From the NCBI GenBank assembly GCA_016186395.1, contig JACPLU010000006.1:7948-71947 (forward strand): DNA of 64,000 nt, given 5' to 3'. This document shows, in pieces, positions 9,834 to 17,880 of the stretch (position 1 is its first letter; each line of letters opens with the position of its first letter). The translations under genes were made by a program, and so were the position numbers. This DNA is from Parcubacteria group bacterium. Lineage in GTDB: Bacteria > Patescibacteriota > Minisyncoccia > 2-02-FULL-40-12. The notes below the pieces were generated by a model that ran no database searches, was not told the origin of the DNA, and saw only the letters and a program-made list of their open reading frames with translations.

Positions 9834-9861
9834 CCCTAGTCCTTAGACATTAGTCTTTAAG
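9834..9861. repeat. Heptamer array, right (inverted) arm flanking the four-helix-bundle gene
   Basis: CCCTAGT CCTTAGA CATTAGT CTTTAAG, the reverse-complement sense of the left arm units. Confidence 0.8.
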
Positions 9862-9870
9862 CCCAAAAAG

Positions 9871-10416
9871 CTATAATTTCCTCACCTGCAGAAAGTCCAA
9901 CTCTACCGGGGTTTCTCTACCAAACATTGTAACCAGAACCTTTACTCTACCCCGCTCTTCATCTATTTCGGCCACCTTTCCGTCGAAGTCTTTAAATGGT
10001 CCGTCGGTTATTTTTACGTGATCACCTATTACAAACCCAACTTTATATTTTGGCTCCTCCACACCCATTCTTTCAAATAGCCTCTTTACCTCCTCGTCAA
10101 CTAAGGGCGTTGGAACTGTTCCGGCACCAATAAACCCTGTAACATTTGGTGTATTTCTAACAACGTACCAAGAATCGTCGCTTACTATCATTTCAACCAA
10201 TACGTAACCAGGATAAATCTTTTCTTCAACTGTCTCTCTTTTTCCGCTCTTAATCTTAATTTTTTTTTCTTTTGGAACTAAAACCTGAAAGATTTTATCT
10301 TCCATATCTAATGACCCAATACGCTGTTTAAGATTTCTTGCAACATTTTCCTCATAACCGGCATATGTATGAATCGCGTACCAGCGTTTTTCACCTGTAG
10401 ATATTTGTTTTGGCAT
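9871..10416 (-). CDS. nusG: Transcription termination/antitermination factor NusG
   Basis: WYAIHTYAGYE, YPGYVLVEM, VRNTPNVTGF and KOW region GPFKDF...FGRETPVEL. Confidence 0.98.
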   Translation of the reverse strand: MPKQISTGEKRWYAIHTYAGYEENVARNLKQRIGSLDMEDKIFQVLVPKEKKIKIKSGKRETVEEKIYPGYVLVEMIVSDDSWYVVRNTPNVTGFIGAGTVPTPLVDEEVKRLFERMGVEEPKYKVGFVIGDHVKITDGPFKDFDGKVAEIDEERGRVKVLVTMFGRETPVELDFLQVRKL

Positions 10417-10427
10417 GATGATCTAAG

Positions 10428-10610
10428 CTAAAAAACTAGTTTTCTTAAAAGGAATCCGAAAAAATAATCCAATCCTCCAAGAAAAACCCCCAATACAATT
10501 GTAAATCCAATAACAACAACGGTGTATTTTAAAAGCTCTTGCTTTGTCGGCCAGTTTACTTTTTTGAGTTCTATTTGTACGTCCTTGAGAAAGGCGAGAA
10601 TTTGGTTCAT
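10428..10610 (-). CDS. secE: Preprotein translocase subunit SecE
   Basis: ELKKVNWPT plus one TM segment, upstream of nusG. Confidence 0.96.
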   Translation of the reverse strand: MNQILAFLKDVQIELKKVNWPTKQELLKYTVVVIGFTIVLGVFLGGLDYFFGFLLRKLVF

Positions 10611-10616
10611 AAATTC

Positions 10617-10710
10617 GTCTAAAGACTAGCGTCTGTCTAACGTCTAATGTCTAAGGTCTTAGTCGTTAGACTTTAGTCATTAGTCTATCGTTGGTCATTA
10701 GACTTTAAGC
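10617..10710. repeat. Empty inverted heptamer array upstream of secE
   Basis: gtctaaa-gactagc..gtctaac-gtctaat-gtctaag followed by ttagtcg-ttagact-ttagtca-ttagtct..ttggtca-ttagact. Confidence 0.85.
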
Positions 10711-10919
10711 TTAATTTAACACTATTTCTTGGATTTTAAAATGGCCCGCAGGCCATTTAAGAATATAGCAAATATTAGAAATTTATACAAGACTTAACTT
10801 TTTACTCGCTCCTGACAAAAACCCGTTCAGGTTCTGGTAAAAAGGTAGTATCAACAATTCTTTCAACTCCATCTTCAAGCTCGGGAGTGGAAAGATTTTG
10901 AGAATAGTACCCTTTTAAA

Positions 10920-12206
10920 CTACGGAACGGGAAAACGAACTACAAATAATCCTCCGCTTTTGTACTCTGGCCTATTATACATATCACTGCCATAACTATA
11001 GCCGCGGTCATCCACATATATACCCCAACAACCGTTAAATCCTCCACTTGGTCCCTGCCAAGTTGGATAATGGCCTGCTTCAAAAGGCTGGTAAGGATTT
11101 GAAACATCAACTACCCTTATACCTTCTGTATACCAAGCACAGGAGAGTAAGTTACCCCTTAACATAAATTGATGCAAAATTGCTTTAGGTGGAATAGACG
11201 GATCGCGAAACTTACTAATTAATTTAATACTTTGAATATCTTGAATATCGTAAGTCAAAAGATGGTTGTTGCTTACCTCGTCCACTGCAAAAAGAAATTT
11301 GCTACCATCTGTTAACCAAATGCTATGAGTAAACTTTTGAGGCGTTTGAATATCAAAAACTTCTTTTAGATTCTGATGATCTTTTACATCAAGGGCTTTG
11401 ACATGTCCGGTATTTATTAAAGCGGCATAATAGATTGAATCACGAATAAAACCATCATGAACGAAATTGTCATAACTGTTGGGACCATAAACACCAAGTT
11501 CTTGGGGTTGGATAGGATTTGATATGTTTAAAATCACCATCCCGGACCCAATCTGGCTTCTGGAACCGTTGAGATATAGCCGAGCATTAACAGGATCAAT
11601 TACCAAAGTATGCGAAGTCAAATACTTTTCGTCTCCGCCAATAGGAATCAATTCGGGACTTTTGTGTGACGGATGATTTTTGTTTTCCGAATTATCTTGT
11701 GGCCAATGAGGTTGGTTTTCCCAGGAAGTCCCGCCAGAAAACAAATCCCCATCCTCGGTTTGTTCACCCCGCCAAAAAGTACTGATCAACTCGGGTTTAG
11801 ACAAGGACAAATCCACGATCTGCAAGCCACCCGGGAAACCTTCGGTTACAATGTAAAGAAATGTATGACCGGAAACCGGATCATAATAATCTTTCATCTC
11901 CCGCCAACTGGAATTTGAGCCCTCAATATAAGCCAACTCTTTACCCGCATGATTTTCGCCCGGCTCTGTTACATCAACAATACTTGTACCGGTAAATGTT
12001 CCCAAAAAGGCTAAATAGCGGCCGTTAACTTTACTCCCCCAATTTGAGGAATATTGAAGTTCAGGACTTTTCTGAAAATGTATAAAAAGTTCTAGTTCTT
12101 GAGAATTTGTACTTGAAATTTCTGTCTTAGTATTAATTGGGAATGCACCAAAAAATAAAGATAATGATACAAAAAATAAAAACGTGAATCTGATTTTAGA
12201 TTTCAT
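10920..12206 (-). CDS. Secreted LVIVD-repeat beta-propeller (choice-of-anchor B-like) protein
   Basis: Signal peptide, SSWREMK, GLQIVDLS, THSIWLT and AWYTEGIRVVDVSNP repeats. Confidence 0.75.
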   Translation of the reverse strand: MKSKIRFTFLFFVSLSLFFGAFPINTKTEISSTNSQELELFIHFQKSPELQYSSNWGSKVNGRYLAFLGTFTGTSIVDVTEPGENHAGKELAYIEGSNSSWREMKDYYDPVSGHTFLYIVTEGFPGGLQIVDLSLSKPELISTFWRGEQTEDGDLFSGGTSWENQPHWPQDNSENKNHPSHKSPELIPIGGDEKYLTSHTLVIDPVNARLYLNGSRSQIGSGMVILNISNPIQPQELGVYGPNSYDNFVHDGFIRDSIYYAALINTGHVKALDVKDHQNLKEVFDIQTPQKFTHSIWLTDGSKFLFAVDEVSNNHLLTYDIQDIQSIKLISKFRDPSIPPKAILHQFMLRGNLLSCAWYTEGIRVVDVSNPYQPFEAGHYPTWQGPSGGFNGCWGIYVDDRGYSYGSDMYNRPEYKSGGLFVVRFPVP

Positions 12207-12353
12207 ATATTCCTCCGATAAGTTATAAAAGTACAGCTCACAATTAAATCCTAAATCTGTTTACAATTAAAAGTCAACCCTGTTAAATATAAAAAACCGT
12301 TTCTAACACTGCAGTTTAAATAATTTGTTACCCTATGCCAAAAATTGTCCGAT

Positions 12354-12404
12354 TCCGCGAGGTTCGACCTCGCGACTCCGAGGTCGAACCTCGCGGAACC
12401 TCGG
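12354..12404. repeat. REP-like palindrome cluster (GAGGTCGAACCTC family)
   Basis: tccgcgaggttcgacctcg-cgactc-cgaggtcgaacctcgcgga is a perfect inverted repeat; a related copy is at 21353-21377. Confidence 0.75.
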
Positions 12405-12476
12405 AGGGAACCATTCGTATGCACTTTTTGTTAAGTAGTTCCAAAATATTAATAGAAAACAAATAACACATTCCGC

Positions 12477-12506
12477 TCCCCCTACGACATTCAATGTCGT
12501 AGGGGA
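12477..12506 (-). terminator. Strong hairpin just downstream of gyrB
   Basis: cccctacgacatt-c-aatgtcgtagggg; no clear T tract. Confidence 0.5.
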
Positions 12507-12516
12507 ACAACAAGTA

Positions 12517-14622
12517 CTATATATCCAAATTCCTGACTTGTTTTGCGTAAGCCTGAATAAACTTCTTTCTGGGCAAAACTTCGTTACCCATTAAAACATC
12601 AAAAATTCTGTCTGCTTCTTCAGCATCTTCCATCGTAACTTGCAAAAGCACTCTCCTTGCCGGATCCATGGTTGTCTCCCAAAGTTCTTCCGAGTTCATC
12701 TCTCCAAGACCCTTATATCGTTGGACCGTAACACCCGGCAATATCTCTTTGGCTTCCTCTTCTGTAGACCCCCCTTCAACCCCATTAGCTTTTTCTTCTT
12801 CTGATTCAATCTCTAAGGTCGCTTCTTTTTCTTTTTTTGCAGACTTTTTCATACTAATCGTCTTAGCTATTTCAGAAAGAATCTTTTCTTTCTCTTGATC
12901 ATTGTATGCGTAATGCGCCTGACCACTTTTTTGAATTTTATAAAGCGGGGGTTGAGCAATATATAAGTGGCCCTGCTCAATAATTGATTTAAAATATCTA
13001 AAAAACAGAGTTAAATAAAGAGTTCTAATATGAGAACCATCCACATCTGCATCTGCCATTAAAATTAACTTGTGATACCTTAACTTAGACAAATCAAACT
13101 CTTCTCCAATGGCCGTGCCCAAAGCAATAATCAGAGCCCTGACTTTATCTGAAGCTAATAATTTATCAATCCTAGTTCTTTCAACATTTAATATTTTGCC
13201 AAATAAAGGAAGAATCGCTTGAGTGCGTCTATCTCTAGCTTGCTTGCTTGACCCACCGGCACTGTCGCCCTCTACAATAAATAATTCTGATTCAGATGCG
13301 TCACGGCTTGAACAATCAGCTAATTTGCCGGGTAAAGCTAATCCATCCATAGCTCCTTTTCTTATAACCGTATCGCGGGCCGCTTTTGCCGCAACCCGTG
13401 CTTTAGATGCCAAAATAACTTTTTCCATTATCTCTTTGGCATCTTGGGGACTTCGTTCCAGCCAATCAGCTAATTCTTCAGCCAATACTCCATCTACTGC
13501 AGTCCTTGCTTCCGGATTTCCAAGTTTTGCCTTTGTCTGACCCTCAAATTGAAGTTCCTTGTTTTTTATCTTTACAGAAATTACTGCGGTCAAACCTTCT
13601 CTTACATCTTCTCCAGTTAAGTTTTCATCCTTCTCCTTCAAATAGCTGTTTTTACGAGCGTAGTCATTTAAAGTCCTAGTAAGAGCGGTTCTAAAACCAG
13701 TCAAATGCATACCACCTTCAAGATTGTAAATATTATTTGCGAAACTTAATTCTTTACTTTGAAACTCTTCTGTGTACTGCATGGCTATCTCAACAAATAT
13801 GCCTTCTTTTTCTTTAGCAGCATAAAAAATCCCGCGATTTTTAACTTCTTCGTTTCTATTAAGATACCCGACATAAGAAACTATCCCACCCTCAAAGTAA
13901 AATCCATACGTAGGCATATTCTTAGATTTACTTCCCTGTTTTTGTACTTTTTCCGAATCAATCTCTATCGGACTCCTCTCATCTGTCACTAATATATGAA
14001 TACCTTTTGTAAGATAGGCTTGCTGGCGGAGATGATCTAAAACTTTATGAAAATCAAAACTAATCTCTTTGAATATTTCCGGGTCTGGTTCAAAGGTTAT
14101 AATTGTTCCTCTGGGAAAATCACTCGGCGCTTTACCAACTTTTTTAACATCTTTCTTTGCTTTACCGCGTTCATACTCTTGTTCATACAAAAAACCGTCG
14201 CGAGAGACTTCGGCTTTTAACCAAACTGATAAAGCATTGACTACCGAAACTCCAACACCATGTAAACCACCGGAAACCTTATACGATTCGCCGCCGAATT
14301 TACCTCCGGCATGTAAAGTGGTCATAACCGTTTCCAGTGCTGATTTTTTAGTTTGCGCATGTTTCTCAACTGGAATACCACGACCATTATCTTTCACTCG
14401 AACTTTGTTTCCCGGTAAAAGAGCAATTTCAATATTCTTGGCATATCCGGCCATTGCCTCGTCGAGCGAATTGTCAAAAACCTCCCATATTAAATGATGC
14501 AAACCGTCTACGCCGGTTGAACCAATATACATACCCGGTCTTTTTCTGACCGGTTCCAAACCCTCTAATACATAAATATCTTTAGCAGTATATGATCCTT
14601 CTTGTTTTACCAATTTTGTCAT
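12517..14622 (-). CDS. gyrB: DNA gyrase subunit B
   Basis: EGLEPVRKRPGMYIG, LHAGGKF, VEGDSAGG, DADVDGSHI and RYKGLGEM motifs. Confidence 0.98.
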   Translation of the reverse strand: MTKLVKQEGSYTAKDIYVLEGLEPVRKRPGMYIGSTGVDGLHHLIWEVFDNSLDEAMAGYAKNIEIALLPGNKVRVKDNGRGIPVEKHAQTKKSALETVMTTLHAGGKFGGESYKVSGGLHGVGVSVVNALSVWLKAEVSRDGFLYEQEYERGKAKKDVKKVGKAPSDFPRGTIITFEPDPEIFKEISFDFHKVLDHLRQQAYLTKGIHILVTDERSPIEIDSEKVQKQGSKSKNMPTYGFYFEGGIVSYVGYLNRNEEVKNRGIFYAAKEKEGIFVEIAMQYTEEFQSKELSFANNIYNLEGGMHLTGFRTALTRTLNDYARKNSYLKEKDENLTGEDVREGLTAVISVKIKNKELQFEGQTKAKLGNPEARTAVDGVLAEELADWLERSPQDAKEIMEKVILASKARVAAKAARDTVIRKGAMDGLALPGKLADCSSRDASESELFIVEGDSAGGSSKQARDRRTQAILPLFGKILNVERTRIDKLLASDKVRALIIALGTAIGEEFDLSKLRYHKLILMADADVDGSHIRTLYLTLFFRYFKSIIEQGHLYIAQPPLYKIQKSGQAHYAYNDQEKEKILSEIAKTISMKKSAKKEKEATLEIESEEEKANGVEGGSTEEEAKEILPGVTVQRYKGLGEMNSEELWETTMDPARRVLLQVTMEDAEEADRIFDVLMGNEVLPRKKFIQAYAKQVRNLDI

Positions 14623-14715
14623 AAATTATTTAAAATGCTCAAGGTCTAAAGACAAACATCTAAAGCTGGGGTGTTTAAGCAGAAAAATGGCCTCAAAATC
14701 TAGTTTTTTATGAGG

Positions 14716-15696
14716 TCATTTTGAGTCATTATTACCCTTTAATTTTACCAGATTTTGTATATAAAAACAATGCTTAAAGCATAGTCTTGAGTGGATAATT
14801 TTAAGTTTTAATTTAATCGTTTCTATACTTTTATTTATTTCCACTCTTTTTAACATCCTTCTCTTAGTGGCTGTTCTCAACACTCTATGGTCTGAAAAGT
14901 GTACCCAACCAAGAAAATCAATCCCGGAATTTAAGGTTTTAATTGATACTTTATGAGGATGTAGCTGTAACCCAAGCCTATTTTGTAAAAAACTACTAAC
15001 TTGTGGCAATAAATCTAAAAGCCAATTCTTATTTTGTGAAAGAAAAACAAAATCATCAGCATAACGAATATAGTATTTAACTTTTAATTTGTGTTTTACA
15101 AACTGATCAAATTCATTCATATAGATATTTACTAATAATTGAGAAGTTAGATTACCAAGAGGCAGACCAATACCAAGATGAATTAAATAAAAACTAGAAA
15201 TAATTTCATTTAATAACTCTATAATATTTGGGTTTGAAATATATTTTTTTAAAATAGCAAGTAGAACTTGATGATCAATATTGGCAAAGAACTTTTTAAT
15301 ATCGCATTTTAAAACCCAGACTGTTTTTGTATTATTTTTTGATTCTTTATAAGAAAAATCTCTAAATCTATTAATTGCTTTATGAGTTCCTTTATTCAAT
15401 CTGGATGAATATGAGTCAGCAATAAATGTTTTGTCGAAAAATGGATAAAGTTGACGATAAATTGCGTGATGAAGTAATCTGTCTCTTACTTTAGCTTTAT
15501 GAATGCTTCTTGGTTTTGGATCAGAGATATTAAATGCTTGATACTCTCCGTGCTTGTAGATATGATTAGTTAAATCGTGATGTAAAGATAAAATATTATC
15601 CATTAGATTTAACTGAAATTCTTGAACATCTTTTCTTTTTCTTTTGCCTTTGATAAATTCTTTCCAGGCTTCAAGTAAATTTTCCAAACTAACCAT
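14716..15696 (-). CDS. DGR reverse transcriptase
   Basis: DPKPR..VRDRLLHHA, LKCDIKKFF, GLPLGNLTSQ, YIRYADDF and IDFLGW motifs; adjacent to avd, TR and VR. Confidence 0.95.
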   Translation of the reverse strand: MVSLENLLEAWKEFIKGKRKRKDVQEFQLNLMDNILSLHHDLTNHIYKHGEYQAFNISDPKPRSIHKAKVRDRLLHHAIYRQLYPFFDKTFIADSYSSRLNKGTHKAINRFRDFSYKESKNNTKTVWVLKCDIKKFFANIDHQVLLAILKKYISNPNIIELLNEIISSFYLIHLGIGLPLGNLTSQLLVNIYMNEFDQFVKHKLKVKYYIRYADDFVFLSQNKNWLLDLLPQVSSFLQNRLGLQLHPHKVSIKTLNSGIDFLGWVHFSDHRVLRTATKRRMLKRVEINKSIETIKLKLKIIHSRLCFKHCFYIQNLVKLKGNNDSK

Positions 15697-15732
15697 TTCT
15701 TCGAAACTATGACAAAATTCAATTCTTTTACG

Positions 15733-15743
15733 CCCCCCCCCCC
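15733..15743. repeat. C11/G11 homopolymer between the divergent RT and avd starts
   Basis: 11 consecutive C, counted directly. Confidence 0.95.
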
Positions 15744-15764
15744 AGCAGCAGTAGCAGCACCTCT

Positions 15765-16112
15765 TTGCCTATTCTTCAGAAACTGATTGTGGTTTACAAA
15801 ATTTGGCATGGTTATTTACCTAGATTCTCAAAAGATCATCGCTATACACTAGGTTTTAAAATTGACTCGCTCTTTGTTGAGGTAATCGAAACCCTCCATC
15901 AAGCACAGTATATTTTTTGGAGACAAAAACAATCGTATTTGACTAAAGCTTCATCAAGACTAGATACGCTAAAATTCTTTCTCCAAATACTTTGGGAAAT
16001 AAACGGTATTGAAAATAAAAAGTATATTCATCTTTCTAAGCATATAGAAGAAATCGGAAAAATGCTTGGCGGATGGATAAAAGAAACAAATTTAAAAAAC
16101 CAAACCCTCTAA
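15765..16112 (+). CDS. avd: DGR accessory variability determinant (Avd-like four-helix bundle); likely true start ATG 15709 is frameshifted
   Basis: LPILQK...FSKDHRYTLGFKID...LDTLKFFLQILWE...EIGKMLGGW; lies between TR and RT. Confidence 0.88.
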   Translation: MPILQKLIVVYKIWHGYLPRFSKDHRYTLGFKIDSLFVEVIETLHQAQYIFWRQKQSYLTKASSRLDTLKFFLQILWEINGIENKKYIHLSKHIEEIGKMLGGWIKETNLKNQTL

Positions 16113-16135
16113 TAAAGAGGGTGGAAATAAGCCAG

Positions 16136-16260
16136 TTGCGAGGAACCACGAGACGATCATTGGAGTTCCAATCATTGTCGAGCCTATTGAAGTTCAAGAT
16201 CCATTCGTCATCGTTCCAGTTCAGATACGGAACGTACCAATTGCCGTTCGAGTCCTGCCA
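16136..16260 (-). repeat. DGR template repeat (TR)
   Basis: 125 nt colinear with 16553-16677. Rich in AAC/AAT codons (reads WQDSNGNWYVPYLNWNDDEWILNFNRLDNDWNSNDRLVVPR). Confidence 0.97.
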
Positions 16261-16472
16261 TTACGTACAAAATGCCATCTGTACCACTGTCCTTCGAATT
16301 ATCTTAGGACTGTATCTTATTGGGGATCTTTAAATCCTCTAGCATTCTGAACCAAGTAGCTTTATTTTTTTAGAAATCTGAAAAGATTTCGGAATTGGAT
16401 CGCTTAAAACTTGTTTAGTCGTAAGCTAATTGATCTACTTTCCAAATCATAGTATATCAAAAATATAAAAAA

Positions 16473-16506
16473 ATGCCCGACAGGTTTAACAAACCCTGTC
16501 GGGCAT
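16473..16506 (-). terminator. GC-rich hairpin downstream of VR (terminator and/or DGR target-recognition stem-loop)
   Basis: atgcccgacagg ... cctgtcgggcat 12-bp stem, followed by a T run on the minus strand. Confidence 0.8.
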
Positions 16507-16548
16507 AGAGCCAAGGGATCCAAGAACCAAGAGTTCAAGGATCCTTAA

Positions 16549-17097
16549 CTACTTGCGAGGAACCACGAGACGATCACGGGAGTGCCAAGCACGGCCGAGC
16601 CTATAGAAGCGCAAGACCCATCCGCCAACGCGCCAGTGCAGATACGGAACGTACCAACGGCCGTCCGAGCCCTGCCAAATGGTGCCCGGAAAAACCAGGT
16701 AGTACTTCCGAAGTTCTTTTGAAATCTTGCTTTGGTTTTCCAAAAGCCACTCGGCATCTTCCTGGCCGTAGTTAGCGTTAAACTCTCTCCTGGCTCGAAG
16801 TACCATCTCTTCGCCGTTAACATAGGTCTCACCCTCTTTCAGGAACGAGATCCCATCGACGGCAGAGAAAATACGATGCGGAACACTCTCTAGAAGCGTC
16901 CAGCCTTCTTTGCGCATGTCACGCTTGAAGGTGGCCACGATAGGGCCGAAGCGACCCTCAATGGCAAACTGGAGATGTACCTTGAGCTGAAAGGGGTCAA
17001 ATGGGTAACCGCTCGGCTGCCTCATCTGACGCTTTATCTCCCAGAGTTGACCGTCCAACTCTTGGTAGAGATCGCCTGCGACCATGATATTGGCCAT
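16549..17097 (-). CDS. DGR target protein with C-terminal variable region
   Basis: The last 125 coding nt before the end match the TR; GGAGG SD upstream; GC-richer than its neighbours. Confidence 0.93.
   Translation of the reverse strand: MANIMVAGDLYQELDGQLWEIKRQMRQPSGYPFDPFQLKVHLQFAIEGRFGPIVATFKRDMRKEGWTLLESVPHRIFSAVDGISFLKEGETYVNGEEMVLRARREFNANYGQEDAEWLLENQSKISKELRKYYLVFPGTIWQGSDGRWYVPYLHWRVGGWVLRFYRLGRAWHSRDRLVVPRK
16553..16677 (-). repeat. DGR variable repeat (VR)
   Basis: 21 mismatches to TR, all opposite TR adenines on the minus strand; the 3' 24 nt are identical. Confidence 0.97.
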
Positions 17098-17171
17098 GAC
17101 GATTTTCCTCCGTTAAACAAATTTCCTATGAAATTTGTTTACTTGCTGTTTGATTTTGGTTCAGCCTTTGC

Positions 17172-17222
17172 TTTGCCACAGCAGAAAGTGGCCCGCATAA
17201 AGTCACTTTCTGCTGTGGCAAA
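17172..17222. promoter_or_regulatory. Perfect 19-bp inverted repeat upstream of the DGR target gene
   Basis: tttgccacagcagaaagtg / cactttctgctgtggcaaa. Confidence 0.7.
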
Positions 17223-17326
17223 ATTATCATAAAATCGCTTTATAAATGTACTATTTCTATACCACAATTATACCATATATAACATAACTACGCAAGGTTT
17301 TAAAAAATGGCTTAAAAAGAGTAATT

Positions 17327-17878
17327 TTACGACAATTTTCGAGCTAAAACTTTCTCGTGATTTGCATCAAAATCATATCTATAAATTGCCACGACTTTAC
17401 GAACCGGTTCGCCATCTTTGGTGCCATAAGTATAATGATGTTTAATTGGCTGACTAACTTTATAATAGGTACTTACTGCCTCATCACTGCCAATGTAAAA
17501 AGCTGCATGGTTTCTTTCTTCGTCACCTTCCTCCTGAAATTTCTTTGTTTCATACACAAGCACATCACCAGGTTCTGGTTTCCCTGCTTTTTCCCAATCG
17601 CTTGATTCTAAATCCCGCACAACCTCATAAACACTCGCATGCAGATCGTGAATGAGTTTGAACATAAATAAAATGCGCGAAACAAAAACCGCGCACGATC
17701 GCCTTCCGTTTTGTAAAATATCGGTCTTTTCTCCATCAACTTCAGCATATAAATTCTGAAATAAATTTGCGCCAACACTTTTTTTAATCACCTCAATATA
17801 ACTTTCTTTTATCAAAAGTTTTATACTTTTCTTAGGCGTACTTAATTCCTGAACTGGATTGTTTGGAGAATCACTCAT
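17327..17878 (-). CDS. Hypothetical protein, papain-like NlpC/P60/CHAP-type fold
   Basis: SCAVFVS ... PGDVLVY ... NHAAFYIG Cys/His pattern. Confidence 0.65.
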   Translation of the reverse strand: MSDSPNNPVQELSTPKKSIKLLIKESYIEVIKKSVGANLFQNLYAEVDGEKTDILQNGRRSCAVFVSRILFMFKLIHDLHASVYEVVRDLESSDWEKAGKPEPGDVLVYETKKFQEEGDEERNHAAFYIGSDEAVSTYYKVSQPIKHHYTYGTKDGEPVRKVVAIYRYDFDANHEKVLARKLS

Positions 17879-17880
17879 TT

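Noticed and set aside
12745-12860. Charged insertion in the GyrB C terminus as a mobile or intein insert
   Set aside because: Low-complexity K/E linker with no DNA symmetry or splicing motifs.
13223-14497. Antisense ORFs within gyrB, and similar ones in thyX, gatA, typA, ligA, the pil genes and virB6
   Set aside because: Shadow ORFs opposite well-supported genes.
14716-15696. RT as a group II intron or retron
   Set aside because: The A-specific TR/VR pair and avd identify a DGR, and no intron domain V was seen.
16073-16333. ORF 16073..16333 (+) and ORF 16545..16832 (-)
   Set aside because: The first is antisense to the TR and the second is an alternate frame of the target gene; neither has coding support.
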